From: Parvularculaceae bacterium
GTDB taxonomy: Bacteria; Pseudomonadota; Alphaproteobacteria; Caulobacterales; Parvularculaceae
Length of the DNA stretch: 64,000 nucleotides
Reading direction: 5' to 3'
Assembly (NCBI GenBank): GCA_036724105.1
Contig: DAIMGF010000008.1
Location: 56,161 to 120,160 of the forward strand
The stretch's first letter is position 1; the number at the start of each line of letters is the position of its first letter. A program made the position numbers and the translations under genes. Positions 57,062 to 64,000 of this stretch are shown here, one piece after another. The notes beneath the pieces were generated by a model that was given only the letters and a program-made list of their open reading frames with translations, did no database searches and was not told the DNA's origin.

Positions 57062-57331
57062 ATGAGGAAAGGCGGGTCGTTGAGAACATTCAGGCAAATC
57101 CTGTCGGTGCTGGCCGGGCTTTTCAGCCTGTTTTTGCTGGCGGGCGGCGTGGCGCTCACCAACGCCATCGGCGACGTCATGGCCGCTGAGCAGGAGTTTT
57201 TGAATTTTCTGGCCGCCTTCATTCCGGTCGCTGACGTAACGGCGCTCGCTGACCGAGGCGCCGCGATCCTGTTCCTGTCGGGCGTGATCGGCATCGGCCT
57301 CGCCTGGGTCCTGTGGCCGCGGCGGAGTTGA
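57062..57331 (+). CDS. hypothetical small membrane protein
   Basis: GGGAG upstream of the ATG at 57062, with two hydrophobic helices (ILSVLAGLFSLFLLAGGVAL; AILFLSGVIGIGLAWVLW). Confidence 0.45.
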   Translation: MRKGGSLRTFRQILSVLAGLFSLFLLAGGVALTNAIGDVMAAEQEFLNFLAAFIPVADVTALADRGAAILFLSGVIGIGLAWVLWPRRS

Positions 57332-58327
57332 TCAGTCTACGGTCAGCACAACCTTTCCCGTCGCTTTTCTAGTCTCCAATAGGTCGAGCGCCTTTGCCGC
57401 GTCCTCCAGCGGGAAGCTGGCGGTGACGCGCGGCTTTATCTTACCCTGCTCGTAGAATTCAAAAAGCTCGGCCACATACTCCGCGTTCAGCTTCGGATTG
57501 CGCATGGTGAATGCGCCCCAGAACACGCCGACGATCTGGCAGGATTTGAGGAGTGTCAGGTTGAGCGGAATTTTCGGAATCCCCGCGGGAAAACCAACGA
57601 CGAGAAACCGTCCCTCCCACGCTAGCGCGCGCACGGCCGGTTCGGCGTAATCCCCGCCGACGGCGTCATAAACGACATTCGCGCCTTCGCCGCCGCACAG
57701 TTTCTTGATTTCGCCGGAAAGCGCCTTTTGCCCGTCGCGGTCGAGTTCGCGCGGATAGACAAGCGTTTCGTCCGCGCCGAGTTCACGACAGAAGGCGGCT
57801 TTTTCTTGTGAGGAGACACCAGCGACAACTTTCGCGCCGAACGCTTTGCCGAGTTCGATGGCCGCGGCGCCGACGCCGCCGGCGGCGCCGAGTATGAAGA
57901 GCGATTCGCCGGGCTGCAGTTTCGCACGGTCCTTGAGCGCATAATGCGACGTGCCATAGGTGAGCATGAACGCGGCGGCTTCATCGAACGGCATGGCGTC
58001 AGGAATTTTGTTTGCGCGCGCAGCGTCAGCGATGAAATGCGTTGCAAAGCCGCCATTGATCCCGCCGGCGATCACGCGGTCGCCGATGTTGAACCCGCTC
58101 ACGCCGTCGCCGAGCGCCTCAATGACGCCGGCGACCTCGCCGCCGGGCGCGAAGGGGCGGGGCGGCTTGAACTGATAGAGATCGCGAATGATCAGCGTAT
58201 CGGGAAAATTGACGCCCGCCGCCTTGACAGCGATCCGGATTTGTCCGGGGCCCGGCTCAGGCGTTTCAACCTCGGTCAGCTTCAGGCTTTCCGCGCCGCC
58301 GGGTTCATGGCTCATCATTGCTTTCAT
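57332..58327 (-). CDS. NADPH:quinone oxidoreductase (MDR/zeta-crystallin family)
   Basis: PGPGQIRIAVKAAGVNFPD..., GAAGGVGAAAIELGK, and the C-terminus GKVVLTV. Confidence 0.88.
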   Translation of the reverse strand: MKAMMSHEPGGAESLKLTEVETPEPGPGQIRIAVKAAGVNFPDTLIIRDLYQFKPPRPFAPGGEVAGVIEALGDGVSGFNIGDRVIAGGINGGFATHFIADAARANKIPDAMPFDEAAAFMLTYGTSHYALKDRAKLQPGESLFILGAAGGVGAAAIELGKAFGAKVVAGVSSQEKAAFCRELGADETLVYPRELDRDGQKALSGEIKKLCGGEGANVVYDAVGGDYAEPAVRALAWEGRFLVVGFPAGIPKIPLNLTLLKSCQIVGVFWGAFTMRNPKLNAEYVAELFEFYEQGKIKPRVTASFPLEDAAKALDLLETRKATGKVVLTVD

Positions 58328-58436
58328 CGGGTTTTCCTTGTGCCGTTAATTCTTGCGCTTGGCGCGCATCTTACGCATGGTGCCACAGCGCATAAACGAT
58401 GAATGACAGATAGCGCGGCAGGGAGACAATAGACAA

Positions 58437-58748
58437 ATGCATCGATTCATTTTGGCGGCGTGCGCCGTCATGTTGCTGGCGGGATGCGCCACGGCGGCAA
58501 AATATACGCTTCAGGACCGTTTTCGCGCCATTGGCATCCCTGAAGGCACAGCCGACTGCATGGTCGATGAACTCGACGAGCGTTTGACAAATGAAGATCT
58601 GCAGGATCTTGCACAATACACGCTAAGGCTTTCACGCGCAGACTCGACGCTTGCCGCGATCCGGGCCCTGATGACCATAGACAATCCGCGCGCTGTTACT
58701 GCTATCGGCGCATCTGGCGTTTCGTGCGTGACAGGCTTGCGCCTGTGA
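58437..58748 (+). CDS. hypothetical lipoprotein
   Basis: GGGAGA Shine-Dalgarno sequence and lipobox MLLAGC-A. The protein is 103 aa, and I recognise no family. Confidence 0.55.
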   Translation: MHRFILAACAVMLLAGCATAAKYTLQDRFRAIGIPEGTADCMVDELDERLTNEDLQDLAQYTLRLSRADSTLAAIRALMTIDNPRAVTAIGASGVSCVTGLRL

Positions 58749-60184
58749 GCGATACAACAGCGCCTGCCGCACCCGCATCGCCCGCTACAACAAGCGCCGC
58801 TTACAGAACCTATGTTCTGTTGTTGCTGACCGGCGTTTACACATTCAACTTCATCGACCGGCAAATCATCGGCATTCTATCACCGGCGATCAAAGAAGAT
58901 CTGGGTCTCGCCGACTGGCAGCTTGGCATCCTTAAAGGGTTTGCATTTGCCGTTCTTTATACGACTCTCGGCATTCCGATTGCACGCTTTGCAGATCGCT
59001 CCAACCGGGTGACGATAATTTCAATTGCGCTGGCGCTCTGGTCCGGTTTTACGGCGATTTCAGGCGCCTGCCAAAACTTTGCTCAACTCGCACTGGCACG
59101 TGTGGGTGTCGGCATCGGCGAGGCGGGCGGATCACCCCCGGCACACTCGTTGATTTCTGACTATTTCCCAAAAGAAAAACGGGCCGGCGCGCTTGCTGTC
59201 TACGCCATGGGAATCCCTATCGGCATCGCATTTGCTTACCTGGCGGGCGGGTGGATAACGGAAACATTTTCCTGGCGCGTCGCGTTTGTCGTTGTCGGTC
59301 TGCCCGGCGTTGCTGTTGCAATACTGTTAAAGTTCACAGTACGCGAACCCAGACGCGGCGAAACTGAAGCCAGCGCTAAAGAAACCGATGCATTTCACGG
59401 CTTACATATTATAGAACCAGCGAGTGGCTTTGAGAAAGTTATTTTTTCTTTTTGCAAGTTGTTACCGGCATCGTGGCGCGCAGAGGGTTTCAGTGAGATA
59501 GCGACCGTTTGGAGGGCGGCAAAGCACTTAATGTCCATCCCCACGTATCGTGCTGTAGTTTTCGGCGCCACGGCGATTTCGTTCTCGACTTATGCGAACG
59601 GTACATGGCTGATTGACTTTTACTCGCGCTCGCACGCAGATTTCAGCTTGCTGACGGTACTGTTTACGCTTGGCCTTATATCCGGAACGGCCTACGCCCT
59701 CGGCACATTCCTTGGCGGCAGCCTCGTCGACTTCTTTGCGAAAAAGAACAAGCGCATGTACGGCTACGTGCCGGCTATTGCATTAATTGCGAATGTGCCG
59801 TTGTTCCTAGTTGCTTTGTGGCATCCGAGCCCTGTCGTGTCGTTGATCTTTCAGGTGCCGGTTCATCTAGCTATCGGGTTTTATCTGGGTCCATCGTTTG
59901 CGCTGGCCCAAACATTAGCGCCTTTATCGGTCCGCGCATTATCAACGGCGGTGTTTTTCTTTATCCTGAATATGATTGCGCTGGGCTTCGGCCCGACATT
60001 GGCCGGCGTATTGTCAAGCTTGCTGACTGGCGTGTTTACCGAAGAACTAGCATTGAGGTGGTCATTGGCAGTTGTTTCTTTGTCCGGCATTGTGGGCGCC
60101 TGGTATTACTATCAGGTTGGTCAGCGCATTCCTGCCGATTGGGAAAAAGCCACTGGAGAGAAGATCGATGGTGGTAAAGCGTAA
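58745..60184 (+). CDS. MFS transporter (Spinster-like)
   Basis: YTFNFIDRQIIGILSPAIKEDLGL and ARVGVGIGEAGGSPPAHSLISDYFP, with 12 TM segments. The GTG at 58745 overlaps the upstream stop (GTGA); the track start is 58724. Confidence 0.88.
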   Translation: MSDTTAPAAPASPATTSAAYRTYVLLLLTGVYTFNFIDRQIIGILSPAIKEDLGLADWQLGILKGFAFAVLYTTLGIPIARFADRSNRVTIISIALALWSGFTAISGACQNFAQLALARVGVGIGEAGGSPPAHSLISDYFPKEKRAGALAVYAMGIPIGIAFAYLAGGWITETFSWRVAFVVVGLPGVAVAILLKFTVREPRRGETEASAKETDAFHGLHIIEPASGFEKVIFSFCKLLPASWRAEGFSEIATVWRAAKHLMSIPTYRAVVFGATAISFSTYANGTWLIDFYSRSHADFSLLTVLFTLGLISGTAYALGTFLGGSLVDFFAKKNKRMYGYVPAIALIANVPLFLVALWHPSPVVSLIFQVPVHLAIGFYLGPSFALAQTLAPLSVRALSTAVFFFILNMIALGFGPTLAGVLSSLLTGVFTEELALRWSLAVVSLSGIVGAWYYYQVGQRIPADWEKATGEKIDGGKA

Positions 60185-60638
60185 GGCGCCGGCAAAGAAG
60201 ACTGCAAAAAAGGCGTCGAAAAAGACCGATCTTAGAACCCGGCCTACCGCTGCAAGCGTTACGGCGTTCATTAACGCCGTTGAAAACGAAACGCGCCGCA
60301 AGGATGCGAAAACCCTGCTCGCCATGATGAAGAAAGTCACCGGCGAAAAACCGAAAATGTGGGGTCCTTCCATCATCGGTTTCGGCGAATATCACTATAA
60401 ATACGAAAGCGGGCGCGAAGGGGACATGCTCGCCGTCGGGTTCAGTCCGCGCAAGGCGAGCATGGTGCTCTATGTCTTGGGCTCGCTCGGCGAAGACGAG
60501 CCGCTCCTGAAAAAGCTAGGCCCCTACACGCACGGGAAAAGCTGTCTATACGTAAAAAGTCTCGACAAGGTCGATGTCAGCGTTCTCGAAAGGATTGTGG
60601 CGAAATCCTACAAGGCGACCAAGAAGAAGTGGCGTTGA
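60168..60638 (+). CDS. DUF1801 (YdhG-like) domain protein with Lys-rich N-terminus
   Basis: The ATG at 60168 lies inside the end of the MFS gene. VTAFINAVENETRRKDAKTLLAMMKKVTGEKPKMWGPSIIGFG is the typical DUF1801 core. Confidence 0.75.
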   Translation: MVVKRKAPAKKTAKKASKKTDLRTRPTAASVTAFINAVENETRRKDAKTLLAMMKKVTGEKPKMWGPSIIGFGEYHYKYESGREGDMLAVGFSPRKASMVLYVLGSLGEDEPLLKKLGPYTHGKSCLYVKSLDKVDVSVLERIVAKSYKATKKKWR

Positions 60639-60644
60639 CAAAGG

Positions 60645-60671
60645 AAAGGCCGGCGAAGCGCCGGCCTTTTT
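60645..60671. terminator. bidirectional intrinsic terminator
   Basis: An 11-bp perfect stem (aaaggccggcg-aag-cgccggccttt) flanked by A/T runs, between convergent genes. Confidence 0.75.
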
Positions 60672-60689
60672 ACTGACTGGTCGCAATGG

Positions 60690-61451
60690 TTACATCGCCG
60701 GTTTCACATATTTGTGCACCATGCGGTTGGTCTTGCCGCGCAGGCCCGTTTCGAACCAGGTGTTCTTCATGTCGTCATCGGGATTGACGTGAATATCCGC
60801 GCCGCCGCCGAATTCAAATCCGGCGCTCGTGACGTCCGCTTTGATGATGGCTTCCGGTGCGCGATGCCAGCCGGCGCTTTCTGCGCGGCTTGAACCGGGC
60901 GCGGCCGTATGTTCAATAACGGCGAAGATACCGCCGGGCTTCAGAACGCGCTTGATGTCGGCGTAAATCTCGCCGGAGCGCGCCGGCATTTCCTCGCCAG
61001 AATCATCAGCGTAATGAAGGTGGTGAATGATTAGCGACAACAACACCATGTTGAGAGAGTTGTCCTCATAAGGTAGTGGTTCGCCCTGTTCGGTAATGTC
61101 GAGCGTTATGTTGCCGAACTGGTCATAATGCGCGGTAAGTTCGTCAATCCGGTCATTGATCCGCGGTCCTGCCGTGTTCTGTGCGTGAACCTGTCCGGTC
61201 GGACCGACGGCGCCGGAGAGAACTTCGCTGAAATAACCGCCGCCGGATGCGAGATCGGCAACGACCCAGCCTTCTTCAACGCCGTAAAACGCGAGCACCT
61301 CGCCCGGTTTGCGGTCACCGTCGCGCGCGCGGTTTTCTTCCGTTCGATTTGGATTATCGATTCCGGCCTGAATGTTGGCCGGGATGTCGCTTGCGGCGGC
61401 GACAGATGAAAACGCCAATACGCCCGCAGCGATAATGCCTGTTACTTTCAT
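60690..61451 (-). CDS. class I SAM-dependent methyltransferase with N-terminal signal peptide
   Basis: ATG at 61451, signal peptide VLAFSSVAAA-S, and VVADLASGGGYFSEVL, which is SAM-binding motif I. Confidence 0.78.
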   Translation of the reverse strand: MKVTGIIAAGVLAFSSVAAASDIPANIQAGIDNPNRTEENRARDGDRKPGEVLAFYGVEEGWVVADLASGGGYFSEVLSGAVGPTGQVHAQNTAGPRINDRIDELTAHYDQFGNITLDITEQGEPLPYEDNSLNMVLLSLIIHHLHYADDSGEEMPARSGEIYADIKRVLKPGGIFAVIEHTAAPGSSRAESAGWHRAPEAIIKADVTSAGFEFGGGADIHVNPDDDMKNTWFETGLRGKTNRMVHKYVKPAM

Positions 61452-61676
61452 AATGAGCCCCTTTTTTTGCTGAAAAAGCAAGACAGGGCAGGCTTGCCTG
61501 TTTTCCGGAGTGATGCACATCACATGCGCTGATGCGAAAAGAATCTAGGATGAACCGTATCGCGCGATCACAAACGCGTGCGCCCATCTTCGGCCCCAAT
61601 TCGGCCACCCGGGACGCGCTTTTTCGAGCGAAGGTTACAAATCGGATAGTTGGACGACAATCGGGGAGATTTGATC

Positions 61677-62144
61677 ATGGCTATCGCATTAGGAGGCGCG
61701 GGATCGCGCTACGACGTCAAGCCAACCAAGGAAAGCCGCGGAATTTTCGGCGGACCGCTCGGCGGATTTTCAGGCATCTGCAAAGATACAAGCCAGGGCG
61801 CATGCGCCGGGTTTTTGTCGCTCATCGGCGCCACGCATCTGACTGGCGGCGCCAGCGCTTTCGGCGCCAGCGGCAGCAATATCGGTTTTATCGACAACAT
61901 CTGGACGTCGCTGTCCGCAAACGGCATGGCCGGACCGGTCGAGCTGCTTGGCGGGATTGCGCTCTTTCTCGCTGCGCGCCGCACCATCTCGCGGACGGTT
62001 GGACTCCTTGCGTTTATCGTCTTCGCTGTCGCGATCGCTAACGGTTACACGCTCGCTGACATGCTGGGCATGCTTTCAAGCTTTCTTGAAAGCGCTGCAG
62101 GCGTTGTCGAGTCGATCCCGGTAGGCGAAAGCGCAAGCGTTTAA
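61677..62144 (+). CDS. hypothetical Gly-rich protein with C-terminal hydrophobic helices
   Basis: GGGGAG Shine-Dalgarno sequence. The N-terminal half is Gly/Ser-rich with two Cys (GGPLGGFSGICKDTSQGACAGF). The C-terminal half has two TM-like helices. Confidence 0.5.
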   Translation: MAIALGGAGSRYDVKPTKESRGIFGGPLGGFSGICKDTSQGACAGFLSLIGATHLTGGASAFGASGSNIGFIDNIWTSLSANGMAGPVELLGGIALFLAARRTISRTVGLLAFIVFAVAIANGYTLADMLGMLSSFLESAAGVVESIPVGESASV

Positions 62145-62156
62145 TCCGTAACAGGA

Positions 62157-62780
62157 TCAGGCGAACGCAAGCACAGGATAGGCAAGAAGATTGCCTACTG
62201 CGTGAATGAACCATCCGGGCGCGATGGAGCCGTTTGCAACACGTTCATTCAGCCACGCCACAATCCATGCCATGCCGCCAGTCACGCCGAGAAATGCGCC
62301 GGCGACTCCCCATGAAAACTCCGGCCCACCAGGCACGATGAAAATCAGCATGTGAATACCGGCGAAAAGCAGCGCGTGAGTGGTGTTGCCTGCGAAGAAC
62401 CCCATCCATTTTATGAAGCGTTTTGCGACGACGCCGCGAAAGAAGATTTCTTCCGTAAATGATGTTTTGAAAACGGCGACCAGAAAAATGACGGCGAGTG
62501 TTTCTGCGCTCCAGCCGTAATCGCGTATGTGTCCGGCGACCGTATTGCCTCCTGCAGCAGCCTCTCGCATGGGGCCGGTCATAAAGAGCGCCAGCATGGC
62601 GGGAACAATGACAAGCGTCAGCAGAACAGCCCAGACCATTACCTTCCTTGACGGCGCATAAAGACCGATAAACCGGAAATAGTTTCCGCGCGCTTTCCCG
62701 GCGAAAAGATAAAATACACCGGCGATGATAAATACGACTGTCGCTTGAGCAGCGGTGTTGATGAGTTCTTGCGTGAGCAT
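62157..62780 (-). CDS. CPBP (CAAX/Abi) family intramembrane glutamic endopeptidase
   Basis: ATG at 62780. Carries the three CPBP motifs: EEIFFRGV, FAGIH and HAVGN. The rest of track ORF 62157..63320 overlaps the GNAT gene, so I discarded it. Confidence 0.8.
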   Translation of the reverse strand: MLTQELINTAAQATVVFIIAGVFYLFAGKARGNYFRFIGLYAPSRKVMVWAVLLTLVIVPAMLALFMTGPMREAAAGGNTVAGHIRDYGWSAETLAVIFLVAVFKTSFTEEIFFRGVVAKRFIKWMGFFAGNTTHALLFAGIHMLIFIVPGGPEFSWGVAGAFLGVTGGMAWIVAWLNERVANGSIAPGWFIHAVGNLLAYPVLAFA

Positions 62781-62876
62781 GGGCCCGCCCCCAGTTGGGT
62801 ATCCATAAATTATGCGGTTTATAACACCTGTGCAAATAGACTTGCTGCTGCTCATGCGAGGGGCGACAATAGCGTT

Positions 62877-63380
62877 ATGACATTCACCGTAAGCGAACAA
62901 ACCGATGCAGACTGGCCCGAAGTCTGGCGCGTGCTGGAGCCTGCTTTTCGGGCTGGCGAGTCCTACCCTTTGCCGCTTAACGTCAGCGAAGAAGACGCCA
63001 AACTTTATTGGATCAAACGAGACGGGCTTAATGCAGTTGCCCGCGATCAGTCGGGCGCAGTCGTAGGCGTTTACTATCTGCGTCCGGATCAGGGTGGCCC
63101 GGGAAGCCACATCTGCAACGCCGGATATGTCATTGCGGAAAGTGCGCGCGGAAAGGGCTACGCCGTTGAACTCTGCAAACAGTCGCAGGATCAGGCGCGC
63201 GCCATGGGCTTTCGGGGAATGAAATTCAATCTGGTTGTTTCGAACAATACGGCGGCGGTGACAGCCTGGAAGCGCGCTGGAATGGACATTCTCGGAACCG
63301 TGCCGGGCGCCTTTCGTCATCCTGTTGACGGTTTTGTTGATGCGTACATCATGTATCGTGCTCTGGAAGCAGCTGAGTGA
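62877..63380 (+). CDS. GNAT family N-acetyltransferase
   Basis: ATG at 62877. GYVIAESARGKGYAVELCKQSQDQARAMGFRGMKFNLV is the acetyl-CoA-binding motif A (R/Q-x-x-G-x-G/A). Confidence 0.82.
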   Translation: MTFTVSEQTDADWPEVWRVLEPAFRAGESYPLPLNVSEEDAKLYWIKRDGLNAVARDQSGAVVGVYYLRPDQGGPGSHICNAGYVIAESARGKGYAVELCKQSQDQARAMGFRGMKFNLVVSNNTAAVTAWKRAGMDILGTVPGAFRHPVDGFVDAYIMYRALEAAE

Positions 63381-63430
63381 AAACCGCGCGTCAAGATCAT
63401 GGCGCAGAGCGGATAGCGGGTAGGGAGTGA

Positions 63431-63721
63431 ATGGGCGTCCGTGTGTTTCGCGCGATTTTCAAAGCGCTGGTAACGTTGTTCGCATTGCTTCTGATCGCCA
63501 TCGGCATTCTGGTGACGCCTTCGCCGATCCCTTTCGGCATAGTCTTTATCGCGATTGGCTTTCTTCTACTGGTCGCCGTCGCGCCGGACATGGTGCGCTG
63601 GCTGCGCCGCCGATGGCGCTGGTTCGACCGGCAAATGAAGAAGCTCGAGAAAAAGCTGCCTGAATGGATTGCAAAACAGCTTCGCAAATCTGACGTCGAA
63701 AGAAACGATGACGACAATTAA
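63431..63721 (+). CDS. small two-TM membrane protein (PGPGW-like, tentative)
   Basis: GGGAG Shine-Dalgarno sequence, two hydrophobic helices, then a basic and then acidic tail (RRRWRWFDRQMKKLEKK...ERNDDDN). Confidence 0.55.
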   Translation: MGVRVFRAIFKALVTLFALLLIAIGILVTPSPIPFGIVFIAIGFLLLVAVAPDMVRWLRRRWRWFDRQMKKLEKKLPEWIAKQLRKSDVERNDDDN

Positions 63722-63814
63722 GGCCGGCAGAGGCTTCAGCTCAGGATCATGCGCGCCTTGTAGAATCTCCCCCCGAGCCGCTATAGACCGCTTTCACCTA
63801 TTGAAAGTCCCTCC

Positions 63815-64000
63815 ATGGCCCGCATCCTGATCACGTCCGCCCTGCCATATATTAATGGAATCAAGCATTTGGGGAACCTTGTGGGCTCCATGCTGCCGGC
63901 TGACGTCTATGCGCGTTTTCAGCGCCAGCGAGGCAAAGAGGTCCTCTATATCTGCGCCACGGACGAGCACGGTACGCCTGCGGAGCTTGCCGCCGCGGCG
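63815..64000 (+). CDS. metG: methionyl-tRNA synthetase, N-terminal fragment
   Basis: [55 protein letters not shown] is the class I HIGH-region variant typical of MetRS. The gene runs off the window. Confidence 0.9.
   Translation, partial: MARILITSALPYINGIKHLGNLVGSMLPADVYARFQRQRGKEVLYICATDEHGTPAELAAAA

Noticed and set aside
56947-57294. The 116-codon N-terminal extension of the ferredoxin-NADP reductase ORF (track ORF 55885..57294).
   Set aside because: The extension is low-complexity (Ser/Ala/Arg/Pro-rich) and overlaps the plus-strand small membrane ORF. A strong GGGAGGG Shine-Dalgarno sequence precedes the internal ATG at 56946, and the FAD-binding GxGxxG motif follows directly from that start.
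62781-63320. The upstream 180 codons of ORF 62157..63320(-), which would give a 387-aa CPBP protein.
   Set aside because: That segment is antisense to a GNAT acetyltransferase with a clear acetyl-CoA-binding motif, and it has no membrane or protease features. The CPBP domain is complete from the ATG at 62780.
1-64000. A search by eye for CRISPR arrays, tRNA/rRNA/tmRNA genes, transposases, integrases, toxin-antitoxin pairs and known defence-system genes.
   Set aside because: I found no regularly spaced direct repeats, no tRNA-like T-arm or acceptor patterns in the intergenic regions, and no ORF with recombinase, nuclease or defence signatures. The window reads as core chromosome, so I make no mobile-element or defence call.

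Overview
This looks like core chromosome from a roughly 60% G+C alphaproteobacterium; the gene content and the VPLPA-CTERM proteins suggest a marine Caulobacterales/Hyphomonadaceae-like organism, but that is only a guess. I saw no rRNA, tRNA, CRISPR array, transposase, integrase or phage genes. Read left to right, the window holds: an AbgT transporter convergent with a diaminopropionate ammonia-lyase/M20 amidohydrolase pair; the conserved cobS / J-domain / bolA / rhomboid neighbourhood; secreted proteases and PRC-barrel genes; DUF2842 and ctaA; two tandem VPLPA-CTERM proteins; rplM-rpsI; tamB-tamA; a large hopanoid and isoprenoid locus (hpnA, hpnB, hpnCDE, hpnG, hpnH, ispH, ispA, hpnM, hpnN); an arginine succinyltransferase (AST) cluster (M20 peptidase, astA, astD, astB); a hybrid histidine kinase; an Lrp-controlled branched-chain and lysine catabolic block (leucine dehydrogenase, thiolase, glutaryl-CoA dehydrogenase); then assorted redox, transport and membrane genes, ending in a metG fragment. 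The points most worth a second look are: (1) a translationally coupled sulfotransferase / PON-like lipoprotein / HpnA-like SDR / PhyH dioxygenase operon attached to the hopanoid locus, which is a possible undescribed lipid-tailoring module; (2) no shc in its usual hpnE-hpnG slot, where AT-rich small membrane ORFs sit instead; (3) a palindromic repeat element inserted in frame inside hpnG, with a second copy upstream of ispA; (4) an apparent frameshift that cuts off the conserved C-terminal beta-strands of TamB; (5) AT-rich orphan ORFs wedged into three conserved operons; and (6) several structured intergenic elements. All family assignments come from motif recognition by eye, and no searches were run.
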